A stretch of DNA of 45,129 bases, taken from assembly GCA_032718475.1 (NCBI GenBank), contig JAUCBJ010008625.1, positions 1 through 45,129 of the forward strand, written 5' to 3'. Source of the stretch: Nemertoderma westbladi. Taxonomy: Eukaryota; Animalia; Xenacoelomorpha. The position numbers and the translations under genes were made by a program. The notes beneath the pieces are model-generated. The model saw nothing but the letters and a program-made list of their open reading frames with translations, was not told the origin of the DNA and ran no database searches. Shown here in pieces: positions 11,815 through 24,921 of the stretch; position 1 is the stretch's first letter, and every line of letters begins with the position of its first letter.

Positions 11815-12365
11815 TGGGTAACTAAAATGGTTACTATCATGAATCATTTTCAGTGATGGGGGGTTAACAGGAATGGGGGGGGGGGGGGAAACAGGAATCA
11901 CTATCTGTCTGAGACGGGGTGCAACGGCACTGGCTGGGGGGGGGGGGGATGTAACAGGAACAATGGGGGGGGGGGGGGGGGTGTAACAGGACAGTACCAC
12001 TTAAATACCATAAATTAGCTGTTTGTTTATTACTACAGTACCATTTATATTTTCCCTGAATACAATAGTGACTGTATTTTAGCTTAATTTTGATGCTTAT
12101 TTGGAATATTGGAAATAAACATACATGAACTCGATCTTGACCCTGCTGGGAGAACACAAACAGGTTCGGATGAATATTTTTTGCTGGGTCTAAATTTTCA
12201 CAGCACAATATGGCATTGTAATATCAAAATTCTTGATATTGACTGACTGTGATACTTCGTGATTAATATGCATATCACTATTATTATATCCGAAGAGATA
12301 AGATGTCTTTGAATATAAATTTTTATTATATATTATTAATATATATATCTTTCAATATAATTTAA

Positions 12366-13322
12366 TGCAGCTGCGTAATGCAGTTGCAACGCAGCTGCAT
12401 TATATTATATGCAAAGATTATACATCCTGCAAGTTACATATTACATATATAATAAAACTGTGCCTGTTTGTCAACAAAATTGCACCTCCACAACTCCCTA
12501 TCACCCATGACATTTGATAGATAATTCGCATCTTTAAGGCCAGCATACTTTATGAGGTTCTCAAGAAAGGGTTGTCCACCATGCTTATTCACTGCATGGG
12601 GCTGCCAAAGCACAAGAGTCCCCACAGGTGATCCTCACAGCGAAAGCAATGTCAAAGTGGAGGTGGTTCAGTTAGTGTCAAGCTTGGGGAGACTAATGAA
12701 ATACCTCCAATGTTGTATAGAGTCTGATTAACCCGGCGCAGCATTCTTGTGTAAGTGCTATCCAGAGATTTTGTGTCCTCTGCAGTTATGCCCAGCATGG
12801 ACTCTATCTACTATACTCTAAGAGTACTGGTACTACTACTGCCATAAATAATCGGACCTTAAGTTTCCAATGCATTCTGTGTGACTTCCAAATCCTGGAC
12901 ATACTGTTCAATGTTGCCCATGCCTACCCCTTTCGTATCCGAAAAGATCAAAAGACCAACACTAGAAGCAAGCTGCTCCAATGAACAGAGGAGCCTTTAC
13001 GCTCCCTCTAGTGATTCTGACAGTACCCGTAAGTCATAGCGAAATCTAGATAAGTAAGTCTACTTCTTGTTCCAGTAGGTGGTGTTACCCTTACATTCTC
13101 TTTATTGAGATGACCTAAGGACATTTGTAGAACATAATCAACCCCAATTATGAATATGAATGGTGTTGAATATGTGTGTCATCACACTGAAGAACCCCCT
13201 CCGCGTGATCCTATAGTTGCAATAATTTCATCAGAAATCCCATATGCTGCAAGTATGCTGAACAAACGTGGCCGGGAGACTGAGTCGAAGGACTTTTAAA
13301 TAAGTCAACATAGAGTAGCATA
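12366..13322 (-). mobile_element. Old degenerate RTE-like fragment (C)
   Basis: Diverged homolog of elements A/B ('LVLWQPHAVNKHGGQP..VMGDRELWR'); many indels. Confidence 0.8.
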
Positions 13323-14895
13323 CTTTTCCATGAAATAGTGTATGGTATTTATCACTTAATGTCTTCCAAGAATTGTTTAAGTCTAATGGTGTCATCATTG
13401 GATTGGCACACATGAAAAGTTGGGATGGAAAATAAGTTGGCAAGAGACCTAGCGCAATGCAGGCGTGCCATGAAAGAATTGAGCTGATAAGATGTTCGAG
13501 TACTAAAATAGGTATCTTCATAGACTTCTTACCTAGTGAAATGAGACCAATAAATTAACCAAATGAACGCATACCTTTACCTGTAGCACCTGGAGGATGT
13601 GGTGTGGGTTGTAGTAGCTTAATGTTCCCAAAGTGCTGGTTAAATGTTGCTGATGGTAAAGCACATCAGTAAAGCATGGTAAAGCCTGTGTCAGGCAACC
13701 AGTGCAAAACCACAGGTAAATTAATGTACCCAATATTGCACCTATCCACACACTTCAATTTGAACATGGGATAAATCAGAGCCTTGTGATGTGGTATGCG
13801 TGATCAGTGTTCCAATGAGTTAGGTTGATTTTCATTACTGTATTCCGAAATATTGTCATTATAATTTTGAGGCGAAATATTCATCATATAATTTCCCCAG
13901 AAAAATCTTATGAAACAAAATACATAATACATGTTGTCGAGTGGTTGCTCCATCAAATCCTGGAAATGTGACTGCTGCTGCTGGGATGCAGAAGAGAATC
14001 TGAGTCAGCAGAAATATATTGTACATAGCATTGCTGCACAGGTTGGGGAGTGGAACGGAGTCGACACATTCTACTGTAGTGATTAGTGATTGGGATTGTG
14101 ACAATATATACAAATTATTCCTAGTGGAATTTTGGCAGCAATTATGATAAGTATAACAATTGGGATTGCCTGTGTAGGCAGCAGCATCAGACATTGGGAC
14201 ATGTGATGGAGATCTATGTGATGTGATCTAGGGCAGCCAAATCGTGGTCTTTGTAATAACAATTGCTCATGGACCTAGGTGTGTATCCAGTAGGCCTATT
14301 GAGAAATGGTCTGTGAATGGATTGAGGGTGGTATTGAAATTGAGATCTTTGACCTTGAAATTGGCTTATTTGATTAATAGAAGTACAGGTGTTAGTAGGC
14401 CTATTCTCGATTGTTGCCTTTTCATCCTTTCCTGTTTCCCCACTTTCGATCAGTTTAATTGCATCAACTAAAGATAGATCTAGGCCTTTCCTAAGCAATT
14501 TTTGCGAGCTTCAGGTGAACTGATATTCAAAATCAGTGCATCTAGAAGTCAATTGTCGTCTGGATTACCAGTTTCCTCATTATAACCGCATTTTTCGAAA
14601 ATGTTACCCATTGCAGTCAATAATCACAGAATGGGTTCATTGTCCTTCTGATGTTTGTCATTTAATTGTTTTCTAAACACCCGGTGACCTGTACCACCAT
14701 GAATATGTTTTTCAAGTTAATCAACATCATTTTTTTCAACAGCTGTCAAGCGTTTATTTAATTGCAATATTAACCATACATTATCTTGTCAGCCACTAGT
14801 AGAGGCTAACAGTGTGATATAGCGTAATTTGCGGTGAGCTGCTATATAGGTGGGATCATCTGGGCTTGCTGGGGCTGTTATACCTGACCTGCCAT
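13323..14895 (-). mobile_element. Decayed Ty3/gypsy-like gag + protease remnant
   Basis: Paralog; 'LLDALILNISSPEARKKLLRKG', 'LHWLPDTG', 'ILSWHACIALGLLP'. Confidence 0.72.
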
Positions 14896-14998
14896 ATCTG
14901 TTGACATATCAAACGGCCTACCAATCAATTTAACTTTGTATATCATTTGCTCTTTAGGCGGGTTTGACACTGTTTAACCCCTTAATGGGTTAAACTAG

Positions 14999-16699
14999 TA
15001 CTACTCGGCATGCTGCATTGCAGCTGCATTTTTAAGGATGCTGTACCAGCTTGTCAACAAAATTGCGCCGCCACAACTCCCTATCACCCATGACAACTGC
15101 TAGATCATCCGGATCTTCAAGGCCAGTGTCCTTTAAGATGCGTTTCAAGAAAGTCATGAGCTGTCCACCATGCTTATTCACTCTATGAGGCTGCCAAATA
15201 ACAAGATTATGCACTGGCTGGTCCTCATGGCGAAAGCAATGTCCTGCAAAGCGGAGGCGATTTTGTTCTAGTGTCAAGCTTGGGGGAACCAATGAGACAC
15301 CTCCAATGTTATATATTGTCTGGTTGGAGATGTGTGCATTGTACTTGACACAATGAACCCAGCGTAGCATTCTCGTGAATGTGCCATCCATGGATTTGGT
15401 GTCCTCAGCAGTTAGAGCCCAGCATGGACTCCCATAGAGGAGTACTGGAACTACTGCTGCTCTAAATAATCGGACCTTAGTTTCCAATTAATTCTCGGTG
15501 ACTTCCAAATCCTGGAAAGAATATTCATTCAAGCCTATTCAAAAGTTAATAAAAAGACCAACACTAGAAGCAGCATGTTCTAATGAGCTGAGGAGCCATT
15601 GGGCTCCCTCTAGTGATTCTGAGAGTACTCCTAAGTCATCAGCAAAGTCTAGATCAGTTAGGTACTTGGCAGGAGTTCCTCGACTTCTGGAGCCAATAGG
15701 TGGAGTTATCATCACCCCATCATCATTATGATGATCTAAGGGCATGCGTAGAAGAACATAGTCAACCACAATTATGTATCAACCATAATTATATGTCAAC
15801 CATAATTATGTAATTATTATCATATACTGATCTGATTGCTGCAATAATTTCATCAGGAATCCCATATAATGAAAGTATGCTGAACATTACGTGAGCAAGA
15901 GACTGAATCAAAGGCCAAGAAGAAGTCAATAAAGATAACAGCCAGATGCCTGTCTTTCTTTTGGGCTTTTTTGATAACTCATAAATTATCCTTCTAAGTG
16001 CCAAAATGGGCTCCATGGTCCCACGACCTTTACGGAACCCATTCTGATTTCCACGGAGCAGTCTCTCAATGGGATCAATAGAATTCTACTGTATAGCTTT
16101 GCAGCAATCGAGATCAATGAGATTCCCCGAAAAGAACCATAGAGTGTTAGGTTGCCCTTCTTGGGAACTGGCACCAACTTATTTGTTTTCATTTCTTGTG
16201 GGACTCTTGTTGTTCGATACATGTCTACTATGATGAGATAGATGAGCTTTAAACACCACTACTCCACTGGCACGATTGGTCTTAATGCTCTTTGGGGCAG
16301 CCTTCACTTCTGCAAAGGAGATATCGCCAATGGGAATATCTGGGAATACAGACTCAAACACTTTAACTTCTATAAAGTTATCAGGCAATGCCCTGTCATT
16401 ATTGAGGAGCTTTTCAAAGTGGGCCTTCCAACCATTGATGCGATTGGCTGGTGATTCAGCCTTAACCTTAGTGGTTGGTTGGCATTTCCACCCAGTAAGC
16501 AAGTTGATCGATTTCCATGCCTACGATGATTGCTTGCTATCGTCAGAATCATTGATGGCATCAACCTGTTGGTTTATTAGCTCCTGTAGATTAACAGAGT
16601 ACTGCCTGTTCAGGGTCCTAGATGCAGCCTTAACTGCATTCTTGGCCACTGTAGTATGTTTGAGTCGGGACTCTTTCTGCGCCTTATAGAGGTCATTTC
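14999..16699 (-). mobile_element. 5'-truncated, frameshifted RTE-like LINE (insertion B) upstream of GPCR copy 2
   Basis: RT motifs 'LVPVPKKGNL..FRGISLISIAAKLYSRIL', 'DLDFADDL', 'RLRFAGHC'. Empty site 'taaactaggcacttc' at ~6506-6520. Confidence 0.92.
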
Positions 16700-16829
16700 G
16701 GCACTTCTAAATAGCACCGTACATAATTAGAATTATCTATTATCAATTTAATTTATATGTAATTATATATAATTTCATGCAAAATATACTACCTTTAGTA
16801 TGATACCTTTATGGTTTAGCTGTTGAACA

Positions 16830-18062
16830 ATGTATATAGTTTTATTGCAAACGATTTTCTGCTTATATTATTGCATGGATTTTTCTGTTGCTAATTGGAG
16901 AGAAACATTTACCAATAATTCTAACACAACGAAATCAGATATATATCACAAGTATTATATCAATATCCTTCAAGATGATTTTGATGAAGTTCTCTATTGG
17001 TTTAATGGTTATTACAGTGTTGTAGATTTCTTCCTCGCAAAAATTCTCACACCATACATATCGATAAATAATATATTTGGGTTGGTTGGAAATATATTAA
17101 TAATTATCACGATATTTCGCGAAAAATCATTTAACACTCTGTTTTATAGAATGTTAGCTGTTAAGTCAGTTTTTGATATTCTCATATCTTTTGGATCTTT
17201 TTTAGTTCATGGCAGTAATATGGGTTGGTTCCGCAGCTCCATTACAATTGAAAAGGTCAATGGCATTACCATAAACCACTTGCATTGTTATAACGTTATT
17301 TACTGGATATTTCAGCTTTATTGGCAAATGCTAAACTGGTTTTTAAAGAATGGAAATGATATACTGATATTAATAATGGGTGTAGAACGCGTATCAGCAC
17401 TCTATTTACCAGTTTGGTATAAAAATACAAAATTGAAAAACAATAATATGATTTACTATATTGTATTACTGCTATTTATATATACAACTTGTTTTTACTG
17501 GCCTTTTGCTCTATTGTATAAGCCTGAAATTCGTTATGTTGATAGACATAGGCAATATTGGGCAATATACAATTATTGGGAAGCGCATAACATATATATC
17601 CATAGAGCTTATCAATTTCTTGATTATTTCTCTCCTATTAGAAAAAGCGTACAAGTTCTCGGAATATTAATTATCAATTGGCTTATGATTTATAAATTAA
17701 GAAAACTAAATTACGACAAACAAAATTCATCATCTGGCAAATTGGTTGCAGCAGCACGTTTGATGCTAATAAATGGGATATTGATGTGCATAAAAGATTT
17801 TCTCTACATGTTGTGGTACATAATATCCAAATATCACGACACAATTGAAGCCCAAATAGGACCAAAATCAACAATAACGGAAGTAATGCATTGGAGGAAA
17901 CTATGGCTTGGCAGTGATTACATCGCTGTATTAAGTAATTGTCTTTTTATTACTTACTGTATAGATTTTTACCTCATGTATATGTTTGTTGGTAGTTTTA
18001 GAAATGCTGTAAAGGTCAACATATTTAAACCATTAAGAAAATATTTTAAAATAAGTCGATAA
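16830..18062 (+). CDS. Orphan class A 7TM GPCR, 410 aa; copy 2
   Basis: Intact paralog of 6643..7875; 10 aa differences from copy 1 by eye. Confidence 0.9.
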   Translation: MYIVLLQTIFCLYYCMDFSVANWRETFTNNSNTTKSDIYHKYYINILQDDFDEVLYWFNGYYSVVDFFLAKILTPYISINNIFGLVGNILIIITIFREKSFNTLFYRMLAVKSVFDILISFGSFLVHGSNMGWFRSSITIEKVNGITINHLHCYNVIYWIFQLYWQMLNWFLKNGNDILILIMGVERVSALYLPVWYKNTKLKNNNMIYYIVLLLFIYTTCFYWPFALLYKPEIRYVDRHRQYWAIYNYWEAHNIYIHRAYQFLDYFSPIRKSVQVLGILIINWLMIYKLRKLNYDKQNSSSGKLVAAARLMLINGILMCIKDFLYMLWYIISKYHDTIEAQIGPKSTITEVMHWRKLWLGSDYIAVLSNCLFITYCIDFYLMYMFVGSFRNAVKVNIFKPLRKYFKISR

Positions 18063-18088
18063 ACATATAATAGTGAATCGAAACTGAT

Positions 18089-18361
18089 ATATTTACAAAC
18101 TATTGTCTATTAGATATAAACTGGAGCCCTGTGCGGTAAAAGTTCACTTTCGGCAGTATTTGGCAACTAATATTTATTAATATTTACAAACTATTGTCTA
18201 TTAGATATAAACTGGAGCCCTGTGTGGTAAAAGTTCACTTTCGGCAGTATTTGACAACTAATATTTATTAATATTTACAAACTATTGTCTATTAGATATA
18301 AACTGGAGCCCTGTGCGGTAAAAGTTCACTTTCGGCAGTATTTCACAACTAATGTTTATTA
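18089..18361 (+). repeat. 91-bp VNTR, 3 copies
   Basis: Same monomer. Confidence 0.95.
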
Positions 18362-20884
18362 TTCTGTATTATTTCAACTTATAATAATTGGCGAATTGCA
18401 TATCTTTCCTTATCATTATAATTAATGTATATCCTTATTTATAATTACTATTTGTTTGCTTAAAATATTATTGGTCAAATATATTAGAATGTTTTTTTAT
18501 CCTTAATGTTTTATATGTTTTATTATATGTCTTATATGTTTTATTCAAACATTAAGTGGGGTCCCCCATTCTTCGGTTGGGGATGGGTGGTTATCAGCCA
18601 TGGGGCGATCTTAATGTCCACTGATATGGACTGCGCTTATCCTCTCCAGGTAAAATCTGTCGGGTAGAAGCTCAGATACAATAATAAACAGATCCCGTTT
18701 TTTCATTTTTTGCCTATGTAGAGGACTAAAACAGCCATTTATACTAATCACATTATTATTATTCATCAAATTATTATAATCTTCATGTGGTTTCCCCCCA
18801 GTTAGGTAAAAACTGATTAGGAATCCCATGCTACCCGCCACCACTGAAATTCTTTGAGTTTAATTCAGCGATCAAGATTTTCGGGTCCATGAGTCTGGAA
18901 TTTGGCCTCCGCCTGGCTGCCATCAAAGGGTCAATCGGTACGCAAGTTCACGCCGCTTTGGATGAACAGTTCGAGTATTCGCTGTTTGTGTTGTTCAGAT
19001 AACAGTCGGAGTTCCTCCACCTCGATACAGCGTTGCTGTTCATGCTGTTCTTCCCCTCTTTCCTCTACTCTACATCTATCCATCCGACTTTGGGCCACAT
19101 ATTTGTATCGTTGCGCTTCCATTTGTTGTAGAATTAATGTCAGTTCGGTTTGGCCACCACCTCGTAAAGTGGGTTTATCACAGCAATCGTCGTTCTCTTC
19201 CATGAGATACCAGTGCAAATGCTTCCATAAAGCGAGCTGTGGAGTCTTGTTCTTGATTCATGGATTTGATTTGGATCTCCTTTGCAGAAGTGAAGGCTGC
19301 TGCAAAGAGCATTAAGACCAATCGTGCCAGTGGAGTAGATGGTGTCCCCCCTGTGGTCTTTAAAATACCTGAGTGTTTAAAGCTCATCTATCCCATCATA
19401 GTAGACATGTACCGAACAACAATCTTTAAAATACCTGAGTGTTTAAAGCTCATCTATCCCATCATAGTAGACATGTACCGAACAACAAGAGTCTGCTGAC
19501 GGCAAGTCAACAATACTACCATAGGCTACTGTTGGCTTCTATATTACCGGTATATACTTTATGTGTGTTCGATTTATGAAATTTTTTTAAAACTTTTTCA
19601 GTAATGTTAGGGTTCGATTAATTTTTGGTTAGGTTTGTGTTAGTGATTTTTGGGGTGTGATCAGTGTTGGGTTAGTCTGGTTATTTTATACATTTACCCA
19701 CTATTTCCCACTCTCCCTGCCCACAAAACCTTTGCCCACAGACCTATTATTAATTGTAGTACAACCTTATCCAAACGCTAGCCAACCCCTAACCCAATTT
19801 AAATCAAACAAACCTAAACCAACCCTAGCTAGAACATTCCTGATCCAACCACAACCAAAACAACTCTACCTAATCTACCCTGAACCCAACCCTAACCCAA
19901 ATCCTAATTACTAATCCCAGCCCCAAACCAAGATATAATAATTTTCACCATGTCACTTGAAAACACACCTCTAGGAGAGAGATACGTAATTTGATTAGAT
20001 TAGCATAGCATACTAGGTACTCAGCACTGCCAATTACATTCTCTAAAGGTAATTCCATATGAGTTGAGTATGTCTCGTAAGGGTATGCGCCATCGGAAAT
20101 CCATAACGCTCTTGGTGCGCTCTGTTTTAGTTGAGAATATAATTATTTTACCTGGACTGGGAATATTTTAGATAAGATAACGTTCAATTACATTGCGTAG
20201 AGTTATCATGGAACATGAGTGGAGGAAGAGCAGAGGATTTCATTAGGATTACCGGATTCATAACATCTATTCATTCCATCGACCTGCGCACTCCTACCAA
20301 AATCCAGTTGTCACACTATATGATAACTGAATTGTTCCACAATGTCTCATTATATTCCCGAACTTTCCACATGATGAAGCAGGGAAAAAGTTTATGAATT
20401 TTTTCATCATTCTTTATTTTTTCCAAATGGAAATGTAAATTGGATTTTACAAGTATATCAATTTTAACTATTTATTGTATGGTAAATAAAGTATGCTTAA
20501 TTAACCGCTCGTCCTGAGATCATTTATTGATTGAGCGAGTGCAACAAACGATGTCAATAAGAAAGATCGAGGAACGATAAGTAAGGTCAATTAAATATTT
20601 TCTATACTGTACAATATGTAATATTATTGTTATAATGTCATGTGTTTTGTTATCAAGGTATGTTGGTAATTCTAAGTATTTTGACTTCTGGACTGGAGGT
20701 GAAACTGAGCTTTAGTATGGGTACAGCAGCCGCTTACACTGCAGTAAGCACACAAGTAGTATGTATATCTTACTGGGGGTAAGTTATGTATATATAATTT
20801 ACCACTGCCCCAAGGTCGAGTGATAAATTATGTCAGACAGAATGATGGTGCATCTGTGGAGCTTGACTACATTGGACCAGAACC

Positions 20885-21104
20885 GAGGCATGCTGCAACT
20901 GCAACTCGGGAATCTGTGAGTTTCAGTCCAAGCCACCTGATGATATTGATGTGAGGCATGATCATAGATTGCATTGAGTTGGGCTGGGCAATATCCAGTT
21001 GCATAGTGACATTTGCCATGCATTGTAAGTGGAGAACGACTCCCTCAAATAGTTTTTAGTGTTGGAAACTGAGGATATTAGCCCATTGAGGCGACAATGC
21101 GATG
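20885..21104 (+). repeat. Left copy of the ~220-bp direct repeat (putative long TSD); right copy at 22053..22283
   Basis: 'gaggcatgctgcaa...gcgacaatgcgatg' occurs on both sides of LINE A but only once at the empty sites (from 10491 and 32339). Confidence 0.85.
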
Positions 21105-22052
21105 CAAAAATTGTTGTTGACAATGTTCTACGCATGTCCTTAGATCATCATAATGATGATGGGGTGATGATAACTCCACCTACTGGCTCCAGAAGTCGGG
21201 AAATCCTGCCAAGTACCTAACTGATCTAGACTTTGCTGATGACTTAGGAGTACTCTCAGAATCACTAGAGGGAGCCCAACGGCTCCTCAGCTCATTAGAA
21301 CATGCTGCTTCTAGTGTTGGTCTTTTTATTTTTATTAACTCCAGAAAGACCAAAATTTTGACAGTTAACTTTGAAAGTCCTCAGCAAGTCTCTGATCGGA
21401 TGAGCATAAGCTCAAAAGATGGTATGCTTGAGCATGTGGATGACTTCTGTTACCTGGGATCATGGATCCGGAAGTCAGGTGAGGACCTTCGAATACGTAA
21501 GGGAAAGGCATGGGCAGCCTTGAATAGGCTTTCCAGGATTTGGAAGTCACCGAGAATTAATCGGAATCTTAAGGTCCGGTTATTTAGAGCAGCAGTAGTT
21601 CCAGTACTCATCTATGGGAGTCCATGCTGGGCTCTAACTGCTGAGGACACCAAATCTCTGGATGGCACATTCACAAGAATGCTACGCCGGGTTCATTGTG
21701 TCAAGTACAATGCACACATCTCCAACCAGACACTATATAACATTGGAGGTGTCTCCTTGGTTCCCCCAAGCTTGACACTAGAACAAAATCGCCTCCGCTT
21801 TGCAGGACATTGCTTTCGCCATGAGAACCAGCCAGTGCATAATCTTGTACTTTGGCAGCCTCATGGAGTGAATAAGCATGGTGGACAGCCCATGACTTTC
21901 TTGAGACGCATCTTAAAGGACACTGGCCTTGAAGATGCGGATGATCTACCAAATGTCATGGGTGATAGGGAGTTGTGGCAGTGCAATTTTGTCGATAAGC
22001 CGGCACAGCATTCTAAAAAATGCAGCTGCAATGCAGCATGCCGATCCTAGTA
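21105..22052 (+). mobile_element. 5'-truncated RTE-like LINE (insertion A) flanked by a ~220-bp direct duplication
   Basis: 'DLDFADDL' RT motif near 21225, 230-aa RT C-terminal ORF 21358..22050, TAG-type tail. Absent at the equivalent site in units 2 and 4. Confidence 0.92.
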
Positions 22053-23970
22053 GAGGCATGCTGCAATTCCAACTCGGGAATCTGTGAGTTTCAGTCCAAG
22101 CCACCTCAAGATATTGATGTTGAGGCATGATCATAGATTGCATTGAGCTGGGCTGGGCAATATCCAGTTGCGTAGTGACATTTGCCATGCATTGTGAGCG
22201 GAGAACGACTCCCTCAAATAGTTTTTAGTGTTGGAAACTGAGGAACTGAGGATATATTAGCCCATTGAGGCGACAATGCGATGGCTGATCAGATTGGAAC
22301 TAAACCGATGGTCAACTATACGAGCTGGTTGATGATGCACCTGTAACCACCAATAACCCAATTGTGAACACTCATACTGGACTCCTCAGACTCGGTGCTG
22401 AGGAATAAGAACCGACTATTCCTCTTTACAGAGTTTCCAAACAGTTGTGGCATGCCGGATAACCTTGCTGGAAATCCTTGTTGGAGCGTCTCCTCAACCA
22501 GTCTATAGGATGGTATTCTGGCATACCGAGTTGATTATGTTGTTGAATCTTCAGCAACATGGTTCCCTGCTCATTATCTTCCAATATGATTTTTTACCTC
22601 CCACTGAGTCGCATAGCCGAGCCCGCTCACTACATATCATCGTGATTCCCCATGACATCTGTGGTCAGAAGCAGCAGGACATTGCCCACCTAATTGTGTT
22701 CACCCCACATTCCTCTGCAAATTTATTACTAATTAACATTTGAACTACTTAACAATACATATCACACATCCGTCCCCCCTCAGCTAAGGTTAATATCGGT
22801 AATATTATATTATAATATTATATGGTAATATTGAATAACTTAATAACTTAAATTTGCTTCTGAGAGATGAACACAGTTCTTAAATGGTCAAACACATATC
22901 TCATTTGCAATTCGATTACTGTCTTCGCAGTGGTGTTGAAGTAGTTGTGTAGTAGTTGTTGGGTAATACTCGGAATATAATAATGTTCAATATCAATCAG
23001 CTGTCTAATAAGGGCCAATAAACAGACAACAATTAATGAAATTGACTGTGTGGTGCTAATTCAATTTGGATGAAACAGTCGAGGAGAACATATTGCCGTA
23101 ATATAATGTCAATCATGGAGAGTATCCACTACATAGTCTGAATTAATATAAAAAGCTTTAGTGGAACTAAGCGAATAAGGACAAATATATTTTAAAATTA
23201 ATTAATGGTGATGAAACACATCATCTTCAACACTGCAGCTTGACAATCCAATTCATGACAATTCTGTATTATTTGTTTTGGTTTTTTATTAATAAAAGGA
23301 ATTACTTTAATTATTTTATTTTTATTATTTTTAATTAATTATTAACTTGTGAGGCGCGTGAAGCGCGCCTGGCTTGCTAGTTGGTAACTAAAATGGTTAC
23401 TATCATGAATCATTTTCAGTGATGGGGGGGGGGTGGGGGTGGGGGGTTAACAGGAATGGGGGGGTAACAGGAATCACTCTTTGTCTGAGACGGGGTGCAA
23501 CGGCACTGGGGGGGGGCGGGGTGTAACAGGAACAAGGGGGGGGGGGTGTAACAGGAACAATGGGGGGGGGGGGGGGGGGGGGGGGGTGTAACAGGACAGT
23601 ACCACTTAAATACCATAAATTAGCTGTTTGTTTATTACTACAGTACCATTTATATTTTCCCTGAATACAATAGTGACTGTATTTTAGCTTAATTTTGATG
23701 CTTATTTGGAATATTGGAAATAAACATACATGAACTCGATCTTGACCCTGCTGGGAGAACACAAACAGGTTCGGATGAATATTTTTTGCTGGGTCTAAAT
23801 TTTCACAGCACAATATGGCATTGTAATATCAAAATTCTTGATAGTGACTGACTGTGATACTTCGTGATTAATATGCATATCACTATTATTATATCCGAAG
23901 AGATAAGATGTCTTTGAATATAAATTTTTATTATATATTATTAATATATATATCTTTCAATATAATTTAA

Positions 23971-24921
23971 TGTAGCTGCGTAATGCAGTTGCAACGCAGC
24001 TGCATTATATTATATGCAAAGATTATACATCCTGCAAGTTACATATTACATATATAATAAAACTGTGCCTGTTTGTCAACAAAATTGCACCTCCACAACT
24101 CCCTATCACCCATGACATTTGATAGATAATTCGCATCTTTAAGGCCAGCGTACTTTATGAGGTTCTCAAGAAAGGGTTGTCCACCATGCTTATTCACTGC
24201 ATGGGGCTGCCAAAGCACAAGAGTCCCCACAGGTGATCCTCACAGCGAAAGCAATGTCAAAGTGGAGGTGGTTCAGTTAGTGTCAAGCTTGGGGAGACTA
24301 ATGAAATACCTCCAATGTTGTATAGAGTCTGATTAACCCGGCGCAGCATTCTTGTGTAAGTGCTATCCAGAGATTTTGTGTCCTCTGCAGTTATGCCCAG
24401 CATGGACTCTATCTACTATACTCTAAGAGTACTGGTACTACTACTGCCATAAATAATCGGACCTTAAGTTTCCAATGCATTCTGTGTGACTTCCAAATCC
24501 TGGACATACTGTTCATTCAATGTTGCCCATGCCTACCCCTTTCGTATCCGAAAAGATCAAAAGACCAACACTAGAAGCAAGCTGCTCCAATGAACAGAGG
24601 AGCCTTTACCTAGTGATTCTGACAGTACCCGTAAGTCATAGCGAAATCTAGATAAGTAAGTCTACTTCTTGTTCCAGTAGGTGGTGTTGCCCTTACACCC
24701 TCTTTATTGAGATGACCTAAGGACATTTGTAGAACATAATCAACCCCAATTATGAATATGAATGGTGTTGAATATGTGTGTCATCACACTGAAGAACCCC
24801 CTCCGCGTGATCCTATAGTTGCAATAATTTCATCAGAAATCCCATATGCTGCAAGTATGCTGAACAAACGTGGCCGGGAGACTGAGTCGAAGGACTTAAA
24901 TAAGTCAACATAGAGTAGCAT
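23971..24921 (-). mobile_element. Old degenerate RTE-like fragment (C)
   Basis: Paralog of 12366..13322. Confidence 0.8.

Larger units (their letters stand above)
20661..22768 (-). mobile_element. Putative LTR, unit 3 (interrupted by LINE A)
   Basis: Paralog of 10264..11202. Confidence 0.4.

Noticed and set aside
16276-16689. 137-aa plus-strand ORF upstream of the GPCR
   Set aside because: Antisense shadow of LINE B coding sequence.
21358-22050. Functional reverse transcriptase gene (retron/DGR-like system next to the receptor)
   Set aside because: 5'-truncated LINE piece with the FADD motif outside the ORF; other copies are frameshifted; no template/variable repeat pair.
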